The position numbers were made by a program, and so were the translations under genes. The notes beneath the pieces are model-generated. The model worked only from the letters and a program-made list of their open reading frames with translations. It was not told where the DNA came from and ran no database searches. From NCBI GenBank assembly GCA_030745835.1, contig JASLNU010000043.1:920-64919 (forward strand): a stretch of DNA of 64,000 nt, written 5' to 3'. Positions 34,771-44,124 of the stretch are shown piece by piece (within the stretch, counting starts at the first letter, position 1; every line of letters begins with the position of its first letter). The stretch is from Rhodospirillales bacterium (GTDB lineage Bacteria > Pseudomonadota > Alphaproteobacteria > Rhodospirillales > UBA2165).

Positions 34771-37700
34771 ATGGAAAAGAGTATTTTCAGCGTTCGCAAT
34801 ATGCTGTTTGGTATCGTATTCGTATTAGTTGCAGGTGTTTTGGCGCTGGCGTCCGTACAGACGGTTACCTCGTACGGCGAGCGCGAAGACAGCCTTCGCG
34901 TCGACGAAGCCAACAAAATCAGCGATATGCTTCTGCAGAGCGCCAACAATTGGGCGGTCGAGCGGGGCGTAACCAACGCCGCGCTTGCCGGCGCAAACCC
35001 AGCGACGGCGGCGCAGTTCAAGACCATCAAGGGGCGCCGCGCCAAGGGCCACGAAGGCCTCAACAAGGCCACCGAGCTGCTCAAGAGCGGACAGAATTTC
35101 GATGGCCGTGATGAAATGCTTTCCCGCGTGCAGAGCAATCATGCGGCGGTCATGAAACTGCGCGCCGCCGCGGATAGGCAATTAACCCTGAGCAAGGACA
35201 AACGGGATCCCAAGCTTGCCGCTTCGTGGGTGCCGGCGATGACCAAACTGATCATTTCCAGCCGCGACCTTCGCGTTGCCTCGACCAATGCGGCGCTGGC
35301 CGAATCGGTCATCTCGCAACTCGGCGCGCTCAAGCATTTCGCCTGGATCGCCAGCGAATATGCGGGCCGCGAACGTGCCATCATGGGCGGCGCCATCGCA
35401 TCGGGTAAAAGAGTTTCCGCGGAACGCCTGCGCGTTCTTGCCGCCTATCGCGGCCGCGTCGAAAACGCTTTTGACCAGGTTCGCGCCATTTCCAAGGTTC
35501 CGAGTCTGGATCCAAAGGTCAGAAAGGCCGTGGAAAAAGCCGAAAGTGCCTATTTCAAAAGTTTTCAGGCAACGCGGGACGCCGTCTATAAAGCCAATGA
35601 CGGCAGCGCCCTCTATGCCTTGACCGGCGGGCAATGGATCGCCGCCGCCACCAAGGGCATCGACAGTATCCTCAATCTTCGCTCTGCCGCGTCCCAGGCG
35701 TGGCAAGCCCACGGCAAGGAATTGGGTTTGAACGCGATGACCGACCAGTTGATTATCGCGGCCGGCAATTGGGCGGTGGAACGGGGTGTCAGTTTCGGTG
35801 CGTTGAAGGCGCCTAACGCGGCGCCGGCCAAGACCGTCAACGCCATCAAGGGCCGCCGTGCGGGCGCCGATGCCGCCTTTAAAAAGGGTTTGGCGCTGGT
35901 TAAGAAAAGCCCGGATTTCGACCGCAAGGCTAAGCTTATCGCCGAGGTCGAATCCCTCTATGGCAAGGCCGTGGCGCTGCGTAGTAAAGTCGATACCATG
36001 CTGGCCCGGCCCGCTTCGGCGCGGGACGCTTCGGTGACCCAGACCATCGTGCCGACGATGACCGCGCTCATCCTCAAAAGCCAGGAAATCAACCGCGGCG
36101 CCGCCAAGCGCGTGGGACAGGCCGATCCGGCCATCGCCGATTTCCTGACCGTCAAGTTCAATGCCTGGAAGATGGGTGAATTTGCCGGACGCGAGCGGGC
36201 CGCCCTTGCCGGCGTCATTTCCGCCGGTGTGCCGCTTACCTCGAAACAGATTGCAACCATGTCCAACTATCGCGGGCGCGTCGAAAATGCATGGGAAGAA
36301 CTTAAATCCTATGCCGCGAGTTCCGGCGCGCACAAGGCGGTCAAGGGCGCGATCGGCACCGCCGACAAGGGTTATTTCGGCGGTTTCCAGAAGATCCGTG
36401 GCGCCGTCTATGAAGCCAGCTTCAACAGCACCAAATTCCCGTTGAACGGCGGTGAATGGATCAATAAGGCGACCCAGGCCATCGACAGCCTGCTGGCCGT
36501 TCAATCGGCGTCCACCGCCGATACCGGCAACAAGGTTTCGGCCAATCTTTCGGGCGCCAACATGAGCTTGGGCATCGCCGTGTTCATCGTTCTGCTGGCC
36601 CTCGTGGTCGCCGCCGGATCGGTGTTCATGGTCGCCGGCCGGATCGTCAAGCCGATCAACCGCATGACCGACGTCATGGGTTCCCTGGCCGAGGGCGATT
36701 TGGAGATCGAAGTGCCCTATGCCGCCCGAGCCGACGAGATCGGCAGCATGGCGGCCGCGGTTCAGGTCTTCAAGGATAGCGGCATCGAACGTGTCCGCCT
36801 TGAAGCCGATGCCGAGGAGCAGCGCCAGCAACAGGCCGAGCGCGAGGAGCGCGAACGCCAGGAGCAGGAGCAGCGCCGCCAGGAAGAGGCCGAACGCGAA
36901 AAGCGCGAAGCCGAAGCCAAGGCCGAAGCGGAGCAGAAGGAACGCGAGGCGGAAGCCGCGCGCAAGGAAGCCGCGGATCGGGAAGAGAAATCCCGTGTCG
37001 AGGCCGAACGCGCCGAGCGGATTTCCGGCCTGACGACCGACTTCGAAGCCGGCGTCACGCGTGTCCTGAAATCCGTCGATTCAGCCGTCGTCAATCTGGA
37101 AGGCACGTCCACGTCGCTGACCAGTATTGCCGACACCACCAGCACCGAGGCAACCGCCGTCGCCTCGGCGGCGGAGCAAGCGTCGGCCAATGTGCAGACG
37201 GTTGCGGCGGCGGCCGAGGAATTGTCCAAGTCGATCTCGGAAATCTCCGGGCAGGTGACTAAGTCGACGACCATTTCGGCCGATGCGGTTGCCGAGGCCG
37301 AGCGCACCAACGAGATGGTGCAGGGCCTGGCGTCGTCGGCCGAAAAGATCGGCGAGGTGGTCGAACTGATCAACGACATCGCCAGCCAGACCAATTTGCT
37401 TGCGCTCAACGCCACCATCGAGGCGGCGCGCGCCGGCGAGGCGGGCAAGGGCTTTGCCGTGGTTGCTTCCGAGGTCGGCAATCTGGCCGCGCAAACGGCC
37501 AAGGCGACCGAGGAAATCGGCGAGCAGATCGGCGGTATCCAAAACGCCACCAGAGAATCGGTGACCGCCATCGAAGGCATTTCCAAGACCATCGGCGATA
37601 TCAGCGAGATCGCCTCCAGCATCGCCTCGGCGGTCGAGGAACAAGGCGCCGCCACCCAGGAAATCGCCCGCAATGTCGACGAGGCCTCGACCGGCACCCA

Positions 37701-37857
37701 GGAGGTGACGACCAAGATCACCGGCGTGTCCTCGGCTTCGAGCGAAACCGGCCAGGCGGCGACCCAGATGCAGACCGCGGTTACCTCGCTGAGCAGCGAG
37801 GCCGATACCCTCAAGGGCGAGGTGGAAACCTTCCTCACCGAGATTCAGGCCGCTTAA
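34771..37857 (+). CDS. Methyl-accepting chemotaxis protein with a duplicated periplasmic sensor, HAMP, a charged helical spacer and an MCP signalling domain
   Basis: ORF 34693..37857 trimmed to ATG 34771 (GAGGAG RBS). TM1 [17 protein letters not shown] and TM2 [28 protein letters not shown] ([21 protein letters not shown]). Signalling hairpin [33 protein letters not shown]. Confidence 0.9.
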   Translation: MEKSIFSVRNMLFGIVFVLVAGVLALASVQTVTSYGEREDSLRVDEANKISDMLLQSANNWAVERGVTNAALAGANPATAAQFKTIKGRRAKGHEGLNKATELLKSGQNFDGRDEMLSRVQSNHAAVMKLRAAADRQLTLSKDKRDPKLAASWVPAMTKLIISSRDLRVASTNAALAESVISQLGALKHFAWIASEYAGRERAIMGGAIASGKRVSAERLRVLAAYRGRVENAFDQVRAISKVPSLDPKVRKAVEKAESAYFKSFQATRDAVYKANDGSALYALTGGQWIAAATKGIDSILNLRSAASQAWQAHGKELGLNAMTDQLIIAAGNWAVERGVSFGALKAPNAAPAKTVNAIKGRRAGADAAFKKGLALVKKSPDFDRKAKLIAEVESLYGKAVALRSKVDTMLARPASARDASVTQTIVPTMTALILKSQEINRGAAKRVGQADPAIADFLTVKFNAWKMGEFAGRERAALAGVISAGVPLTSKQIATMSNYRGRVENAWEELKSYAASSGAHKAVKGAIGTADKGYFGGFQKIRGAVYEASFNSTKFPLNGGEWINKATQAIDSLLAVQSASTADTGNKVSANLSGANMSLGIAVFIVLLALVVAAGSVFMVAGRIVKPINRMTDVMGSLAEGDLEIEVPYAARADEIGSMAAAVQVFKDSGIERVRLEADAEEQRQQQAEREERERQEQEQRRQEEAEREKREAEAKAEAEQKEREAEAARKEAADREEKSRVEAERAERISGLTTDFEAGVTRVLKSVDSAVVNLEGTSTSLTSIADTTSTEATAVASAAEQASANVQTVAAAAEELSKSISEISGQVTKSTTISADAVAEAERTNEMVQGLASSAEKIGEVVELINDIASQTNLLALNATIEAARAGEAGKGFAVVASEVGNLAAQTAKATEEIGEQIGGIQNATRESVTAIEGISKTIGDISEIASSIASAVEEQGAATQEIARNVDEASTGTQEVTTKITGVSSASSETGQAATQMQTAVTSLSSEADTLKGEVETFLTEIQAA

Positions 37858-37891
37858 AACCGCTGATCGGCGAAACCATCGTTAAATCGTC

Positions 37892-37934
37892 GGGAGGTTC
37901 CGGTTCAAACCGGAACCTCCCTTTTTTCTTTCTT
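37892..37934 (+). terminator. Rho-independent terminator of the chemoreceptor gene
   Basis: GGGAGGTTCCGGTT-CA-AACCGGAACCTCCC followed by TTTTTTCTTTCTT. Confidence 0.85.
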
Positions 37935-38290
37935 GCCGTGGCAAGGGGTCTAAATTCGAACAAAAAAATATTCCTATCCAATGGCAAGTAAGGACTAGCA
38001 ATTGCCGGCGAACCGCTCCATGATTCCAATATGTTAGAGTTTCTGTTCTCGGTTGTTAACGAAACCGCGCCGGCAAATGGATGTTTCAACTGTCCGCGGC
38101 CTTGTATTTCAGCCGATCGTGGCCATGTTTAGAGTCTTCGTTGAAACCCCGTTTCTGTCCGTTAACCTTTTGCATACGGAATCTCGTTAATTATAGGCGT
38201 ACGTGTTGTCCGCCATAATTGTGACATAGATCACAGCTTGGTTAGAGCGAAATAGGATAAGAAATATTGCTAGTTCGCAGAAATGGTTGA

Positions 38291-38971
38291 TTGAACAGGC
38301 CAAATCGGGAGATGCGGAAAGTGGGTGCGAATCTAAAAAGAGTCTCAGTCTGGCTGTCCGCGCTGATTTTGTCGGCGGGGATCGCGGTGCAGGCTGAAGC
38401 CGGACCCAAGAAAAGTCCGGACCAGTTTTTGACGGAGTTTGGTGATCAGGCGATCAAGCTCCTCTCCAGCAATACAGCGGACGCGGATCAACGCAGCGAA
38501 GGCCTGCGCAATTTGTTGGCCAAGCATTTCGATGTCGATTTCATCAGCCGGACGGTGCTGGCCCGCCATTGGCGCAAGGCGTCCGATGACGAGCGGACGG
38601 AATTCCGCCAACTGTTCGAAGACTATATCGTCAGCGTCTATGGCCGGCGCCTCGGCAATTATTCGGGCGAACATTTCCAGATCGGCAAGATCGTGCGCAA
38701 GGGCGACGATCAGGCCTATGTGAGCAGCAAGATCGTGCGTCCCGCCGGACCCCCGGTGAAAGTGGCGTGGCGGCTGCGCGGCCGCGACGGCAAATGGCGC
38801 ATCGTCGATATCGTTGTCGAGGGGGTCAGCATGGCGATGACCCAGCGTAGCGAATTTGGCGCCGTGATCCGCCGCGAAGGCGGCAATGTTTCCGGCCTCA
38901 ACGCCAAGCTGCGCGAACTGGCCGGCGGCAGGGCCAAGCTGGTGAAAAAGGTCGCCGCCAAGGCTTCCTGA
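38291..38971 (+). CDS. MlaC/Ttg2D-family phospholipid-binding periplasmic protein
   Basis: Signal peptide VWLSALILSAGIAVQAEA. FDVDFISRTVLARHWRKASDDERTEFRQLFEDYIVSVYG is typical of the toluene-tolerance Ttg2D/MlaC family. Start uncertain: 38291 TTG, 38312 ATG or 38321 GTG. Confidence 0.75.
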   Translation: MNRPNREMRKVGANLKRVSVWLSALILSAGIAVQAEAGPKKSPDQFLTEFGDQAIKLLSSNTADADQRSEGLRNLLAKHFDVDFISRTVLARHWRKASDDERTEFRQLFEDYIVSVYGRRLGNYSGEHFQIGKIVRKGDDQAYVSSKIVRPAGPPVKVAWRLRGRDGKWRIVDIVVEGVSMAMTQRSEFGAVIRREGGNVSGLNAKLRELAGGRAKLVKKVAAKAS

Positions 38972-39002
38972 AAGCAATCGGGATAATTCCTATATGACGG
39001 AA

Positions 39003-39031
39003 ATGCTCCGCAAGGCGGGGCATTTTTTTTG
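39003..39031 (+). terminator. Rho-independent terminator after the MlaC-like gene
   Basis: ATGCTCCGC-AAG-GCGGGGCAT followed by TTTTTTTT. Confidence 0.75.
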
Positions 39032-39108
39032 GATGGTGGTATAAACGGAGCCTTTACCGCCTCCGGCCGGCGCGGGTAAAGTCGGCGCTCCTGCCAGTGG
39101 GAGTGGAT

Positions 39109-40104
39109 ATGGAGCGTATTGCTCTTGGTCGAACGAATTTAGAGGTCAGCGTCGCCGGCTTGGGCGCCGGCGGTGGCGTCCAGCTTGGGCTGCGCAACGG
39201 CGCCAACGAGGATCAAGCCGCCGGCATTGTCCGCCTGGCCTTCGATCAGGGGATCAATTTATTCGATACCGCCAAGGGTTACGGCACCGAGGGCGTGGTC
39301 GCGGCCGGGCTCAAGGGCATCCCCCGCGATCAATATGTAATCTCGACCAAACACAGCGTCGACAGACAAGACCGGACGCTGATAACCGTCGATCAGGTTC
39401 TGGCCGGGCTCGACAATTCACTGCGCGCCCTGGGCACCGACTGTATCGACATCTACCAGCTGCACGGTATCGATCCGGTCAACTACGCCCACGCCACCAA
39501 AACCGTCATGCCGGCGCTTTTGAAGGAACGGGAAAAGGGCAAGTTCCGTTTTCTAGGCGCCACCGAATTCGCCCAGCGCGATCTCGATCACCTCGCCTTG
39601 GCCCAGGGAATGGATGAAGATCTGTTCGATGTGATCATGCTGGCTTTTTCGATGGTCAACCAGAACGCGCGGCTTTCGGTATTCCCGCGCGCCATGGCGT
39701 CCGATATCGGAACCTTGATCATGTTCGCTTCGCGCAATCTGTTCGGCTATCCGGAACGGCTAAAGCGCGAGTTGGGCAAACTGGCCGGGCAGGGTGAATT
39801 GCCTGATTGGCTGGCGGGCGAGGCGGAACCGCTTGAATTCCTGATCCACGAAGCGGGCGCCGAAAATCTGGTCGATGCGGCATACCGCTATGCCCGCGAC
39901 GAGGCGGGCGCCCATGTGGTGTTGTTCGGCACCGGCAATCCCAGCCATCTCCGCGCTAATGTGGATTACCTGTCACGGCCGCCGTTGCCCGCTGCCGATC
40001 GCGCCAAGTTGGAACAATTGTTCGGCAAGTTGGTCGGCTTCGGCGTCGAGCCGGGCATGACCCATGCCCAGATCGAAACAGACTTGGCTGGAGCATCGCC
40101 ATGA
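39109..40104 (+). CDS. Aldo/keto reductase
   Basis: ORF 39097..40104 trimmed to ATG 39109. LGRTNLEVS, NLFDTAKGYG and DIYQLHG motifs. Confidence 0.85.
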   Translation: MERIALGRTNLEVSVAGLGAGGGVQLGLRNGANEDQAAGIVRLAFDQGINLFDTAKGYGTEGVVAAGLKGIPRDQYVISTKHSVDRQDRTLITVDQVLAGLDNSLRALGTDCIDIYQLHGIDPVNYAHATKTVMPALLKEREKGKFRFLGATEFAQRDLDHLALAQGMDEDLFDVIMLAFSMVNQNARLSVFPRAMASDIGTLIMFASRNLFGYPERLKRELGKLAGQGELPDWLAGEAEPLEFLIHEAGAENLVDAAYRYARDEAGAHVVLFGTGNPSHLRANVDYLSRPPLPAADRAKLEQLFGKLVGFGVEPGMTHAQIETDLAGASP

Positions 40105-40325
40105 ACCAGGAATTGGATACTTCCGGATTAAAATGTCCGCTGCCGGTTCTTAAAGCGAAAAAAGCCCTGCGCGCCATGGAGCCGGGAGAGGTGATCCGCG
40201 TCACCGCCACCGATCCGGACAGCATGCAGGATTTCCCCGAATACTGCGCCAATGCCGGTCACCAGCTTTTGCAGGCCGCCGAAGCCGAGGGTGTCTTTAC
40301 ATTTCGCATCCGCAAATCCGGTTAG
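40101..40325 (+). CDS. TusA/SirA-family sulfur-carrier protein
   Basis: LDTSGLKCPLPVLKAKKAL (the CPxP motif). 74 aa. ATGA overlap with the AKR stop. Confidence 0.8.
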   Translation: MNQELDTSGLKCPLPVLKAKKALRAMEPGEVIRVTATDPDSMQDFPEYCANAGHQLLQAAEAEGVFTFRIRKSG

Positions 40326-40438
40326 GAATTCTTGAGCCGGTCGGGATTGGCCCAAAAAAATACAAACCGATAAAATGCTATTAATTTAAAGCAAACGCGC
40401 GCAAACAATATTTTCCGGATTATGGATTGGCTTAAAGC

Positions 40439-41989
40439 ATGAATTCCATGATCGACATTCGCCGATATATGGACAATGCGCTAAAGGGATTGGTGCTATT
40501 GCTGGCCTCGCTTTTCTTTGCGGGCGCGGCGGAGGCCGAACATCCAGCCGGCAGGGGTGGCCGGATCAACGTAACCATCTTCAATGACATCGGCGGTTTC
40601 GATCATATTGAAGCCCCGCATGCGGGCCTAAGCCGGTTGCAGGTTTTGTTCGCGGTTCACGACCGTTTGTTCGAACCGGACGCCGGCACCGGAAAACCGG
40701 TCCCAAGGCTCGCCCTGAAAGCGGTCCCGCGCGACGATTTCACCAACTGGCGCGTCTGGCTGCGCCCCGGAGTGCAATTTTCGAACGGCGAAAAATTGAC
40801 GGCTGACGCCTATCAACGGCATTTCGAACGGCTTTTGAAAAGCGAATATGCGAGGCGTTTCCGAGCCTTGGCGGGAGCCCCGCTTAGAAAAGTAACCGCC
40901 TCTGGCAAGCTGACAATCGATTTTCAATTTTCGAAACCAAATCCCGGTTTTCGGGCGGCGATGAGCCACGGCGGCGCCTATATCTGGTTCTTGAACGCGC
41001 CGAACTTGATGACGCGCAACCAGGCGCATCCCAGCCTTTCGGGCATGAGCGCCGGCGCCGGTCCATACCGGATCGCCGCGTGGGAACGGGGGAAACGGAT
41101 CGTCCTTAAAAGAAATCCCGGCTATTGGGACCCGGCGGCGCAGCATGCGGACGAAATCCACTACCATATTTTGGGCGGATACAACGCCGAGGACTTGCTG
41201 CAATGGTTGCGCGGCGGGCAATTGGATGCGGCCGCGGTGATCGCTGACAGTGTCATCCGGGCGGCCCGGAAACAAAGGGATTTAAGGGTTTTCCGCGCTG
41301 TCCGGGATCATTTCGGGTTGGCCGTCGGCTTCAATCAGCAATTCGCGCCGCTTGGCGATCAGGTCGCGCGCCTGGCGCTGGTCCAGGCCATCGACCGGCG
41401 CGCAATTGCGCGCGCCCTCGGCAGTGGCGAAGCGGATATCGCCGACCAATTGTTCGCCGCCGTCCGGTGGCGCTGCGAGGATGTCGGCTACCCGGCCCAT
41501 GACCCTGGTGGCGCGCGCAATATTTTAGACGCCTTGGGCGCCGATTTCTCGCAACTGCAAATATGGGCCGACGATACGCCTCCGATGCGCCGCGCCGTTG
41601 GTGTTCCTACCGGTGTTCATCTGGTGACCGCCGCCGATCACAGCCTAACCTATCAGATCGTGACCGGCCGCGCCGCCGTCTGGATCTGGCAACAGGGGCC
41701 GTTCGTGCATCCTTCGTTTTCCGATCTGTCGCTGCGCTCGGCAAGCCGGCAGAACATCTCGCGGCTTCGTTCGGCCAAGATCGATGCCGCCATCGCCGGC
41801 CTCGCGCGGGCGCGTTCGAAGAAGGATATCGGCGCTGCCCATTGCGCCTTCGAGGCGGTGAAATCGGAACTGGTGCCGTATTTGCCGGTGATGCGCGGCG
41901 TGCTCGGCATGATCACCCGCAAAGACATCGGCGGCGTGCGATTAACCGGCGATCCAGTGCTCGGCTATCACCGCTTGTTCCGCAAGTAA
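40439..41989 (+). CDS. ABC-transporter substrate-binding protein, family 5 (peptide/nickel type), orphan
   Basis: Signal peptide LVLLLASLFFAGAAEA. SBP_bac_5-like length and segments (VQFSNGEKLTADA, LKRNPGYWD). No permease or ATPase genes adjacent. Confidence 0.65.
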   Translation: MNSMIDIRRYMDNALKGLVLLLASLFFAGAAEAEHPAGRGGRINVTIFNDIGGFDHIEAPHAGLSRLQVLFAVHDRLFEPDAGTGKPVPRLALKAVPRDDFTNWRVWLRPGVQFSNGEKLTADAYQRHFERLLKSEYARRFRALAGAPLRKVTASGKLTIDFQFSKPNPGFRAAMSHGGAYIWFLNAPNLMTRNQAHPSLSGMSAGAGPYRIAAWERGKRIVLKRNPGYWDPAAQHADEIHYHILGGYNAEDLLQWLRGGQLDAAAVIADSVIRAARKQRDLRVFRAVRDHFGLAVGFNQQFAPLGDQVARLALVQAIDRRAIARALGSGEADIADQLFAAVRWRCEDVGYPAHDPGGARNILDALGADFSQLQIWADDTPPMRRAVGVPTGVHLVTAADHSLTYQIVTGRAAVWIWQQGPFVHPSFSDLSLRSASRQNISRLRSAKIDAAIAGLARARSKKDIGAAHCAFEAVKSELVPYLPVMRGVLGMITRKDIGGVRLTGDPVLGYHRLFRK

Positions 41990-42089
41990 TCACTTCACCT
42001 TGGTATAACTGGTGGATTGGAATCTGGTGGTTTAGAATTCGTTCCAAATTCTTAGGCGGAATTTGGGGGGCAATTCTGGGAGGAATTCG

Positions 42090-42869
42090 ATGCCACGCTT
42101 TTCGGCAAATATTTCGATGATGTTCACCGAACGGGAGTTCCTCGGCCGTTTTGCGGCGGCGCGGGATGCCGGTTTTGGCGCCGTCGAGATGCAGTTTCCC
42201 TATGATCTATCGCCCGATGATTTGCGCGCCGCCAAGCAAGACGCCGGGGTCGAGATTGCCGTCATCAATATAAATGCCGGCGATCTGGCCAGCGGCGGGC
42301 CCGGCCTGGCCGCCATGCCCGGGCGCCAGGATGATTTTAAGCGCGCCGCCGAACAGGCTTGTGAATATGGCGAGGCCCTCCGCCCGCTGAACATGAATGT
42401 GCTCGCCGGCTGGCCGCCTCTCGATCAGTTCAGCCGCCAGCAATGTCTGGATGTTTTGGCGGCCAATGCCAATCTGGCGGCCGAGGCTTTGGCCGGGCTC
42501 GGCATCCGGGTGACGGTCGAAGCGGTCAATTCCCGGGACCGGCCCGGTTACCTGATCACCACCACCAATGCGGCCATCGAGGCGATCGATGCGGCCGGCC
42601 ATGCCAACCTCGGCATCGAATACGACATCTACCACATGCAAATCATGGAAGGCGATCTGATCAACACCATCGGGGCCAATCTGGACCGCATCGGCCACAT
42701 CCAGTTTGCCGATACGCCGGGCCGCCATCAGCCGGGAACCGGCGAGATTAATTTTCCGTTCCTGTTCGGCGCCATCGACGATGCCGGCTGGAGCGGCTGG
42801 CTGGGCGCCGAATATGTGCCCTCGGGCCGCACCGAAGACAGCCTGCAATGGCTGCAACCCTACTTATAA
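42090..42869 (+). CDS. Hydroxypyruvate isomerase family (xylose-isomerase-like TIM barrel)
   Basis: ORF 42063..42869 trimmed to ATG 42090 (GGGAGGA RBS). MPRFSANISMMF start, IGHIQFAD and GWLGAEY motifs. Confidence 0.8.
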   Translation: MPRFSANISMMFTEREFLGRFAAARDAGFGAVEMQFPYDLSPDDLRAAKQDAGVEIAVININAGDLASGGPGLAAMPGRQDDFKRAAEQACEYGEALRPLNMNVLAGWPPLDQFSRQQCLDVLAANANLAAEALAGLGIRVTVEAVNSRDRPGYLITTTNAAIEAIDAAGHANLGIEYDIYHMQIMEGDLINTIGANLDRIGHIQFADTPGRHQPGTGEINFPFLFGAIDDAGWSGWLGAEYVPSGRTEDSLQWLQPYL

Positions 42870-42961
42870 TAACCGAAGGCAAAATTTTGAGGTTCCCACG
42901 GCAGGCCGAATCCTGTAGGCCACCTGTTTTCCCAATCCCTTGAGAGCCATAGGCGCACAAC

Positions 42962-43960
42962 ATGCCAGACCCGACGGAAATCCAAACGCTGATCGATAAC
43001 TGCCTGATCGATGCCGAGTTCGCGGAGCTGCCCAATTTCCAGCGCGGCAAGGTGCGCGATTCCTACGACCTGCCAGATGGACGCCGCGTATTGGTCGCCA
43101 CCGACCGGCAATCGGCTTTTGATCAGGTTCTTGCGGCGGTGCCGTATAAGGGTCAGGTTTTGAACCAGACGGCGCAATTCTGGTTCGATGAAACCGCCGA
43201 TATTTGCGCCAATCATGTGATTTCCTATCCCGATCCGAACGTCGCCATCGTCAAGCGCCTCGATATGCTGCCGATCGAAATGGTGGTCCGCGACTACCTG
43301 ACCGGCTCCACCGAAACCAGCATCTGGCCGATGTACGAACGCGGCGAGCGGCTGCTCTATGGGCACCGGTTTCCGGACGGCATGCGCAAAAGCCAGAAAC
43401 TGCCCGAGACCATCCTGACGCCGACCACCAAGGCGGAAGCCGGCGGCCATGACGCGCCCATCACCCAGCCCGAGATTTTGGAGCAGGGATTGGTGAGCGA
43501 GGCCCAGTGGAACGAACTGGCCGAGTTCAGCCTTGCGGTATTTGCGCGCGGCCGCCAAATCGCCGCCGACAACGGCTTGATCCTGGTCGATACCAAGTAT
43601 GAGTTCGGCGTCGACGGGGAGGGCCGCATCCGGCTCGCCGACGAAATCCACACCCCCGATTCCAGCCGCTATTGGATCGATGAAAGCTATGGCATCCGCT
43701 TCGAAGCCGGCGAAAACCCGGAAAGCCTGGACAAGGAATTCCTGCGCCTCTGGATCGCGGAGCGGTGCGATCCCTATCAGGATCCGATCCCCGAAATTCC
43801 GCTCGAGACGCTGATCGAGTTCAGCGGCAAATATGTGGCCCTTTTTGAAACCGTGACCGGGCGAAAGTTCGAGCATGCCGCCGCCGATGTGCCCTTGCGC
43901 GATCGTATCCACGCCTCGCTTGCCCGCGAAATACCTGAATTTTTCAGCCCCGCGGCTTAG
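42962..43960 (+). CDS. purC: Phosphoribosylaminoimidazole-succinocarboxamide synthase (long form)
   Basis: GKVRDSYDL..VLVATDRQSAFD, LVDTKYEFG and DEIHTPDSSRYW SAICAR-synthetase motifs; 332 aa. Confidence 0.85.
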   Translation: MPDPTEIQTLIDNCLIDAEFAELPNFQRGKVRDSYDLPDGRRVLVATDRQSAFDQVLAAVPYKGQVLNQTAQFWFDETADICANHVISYPDPNVAIVKRLDMLPIEMVVRDYLTGSTETSIWPMYERGERLLYGHRFPDGMRKSQKLPETILTPTTKAEAGGHDAPITQPEILEQGLVSEAQWNELAEFSLAVFARGRQIAADNGLILVDTKYEFGVDGEGRIRLADEIHTPDSSRYWIDESYGIRFEAGENPESLDKEFLRLWIAERCDPYQDPIPEIPLETLIEFSGKYVALFETVTGRKFEHAAADVPLRDRIHASLAREIPEFFSPAA

Positions 43961-44124
43961 TTGGCGATCATTTCGAATGAAGCCGGCTGCCATTTAAAAA
44001 ATATTATAACATAAGATGATTGTAATAATATTAAATAACACAAAAAATAAATATATTATGTTGTTTGTTGGTATTCATCAGTGTAGTTAAAGCGTCGACA
44101 TCATAAATTCGGTTGGGCGGTACC

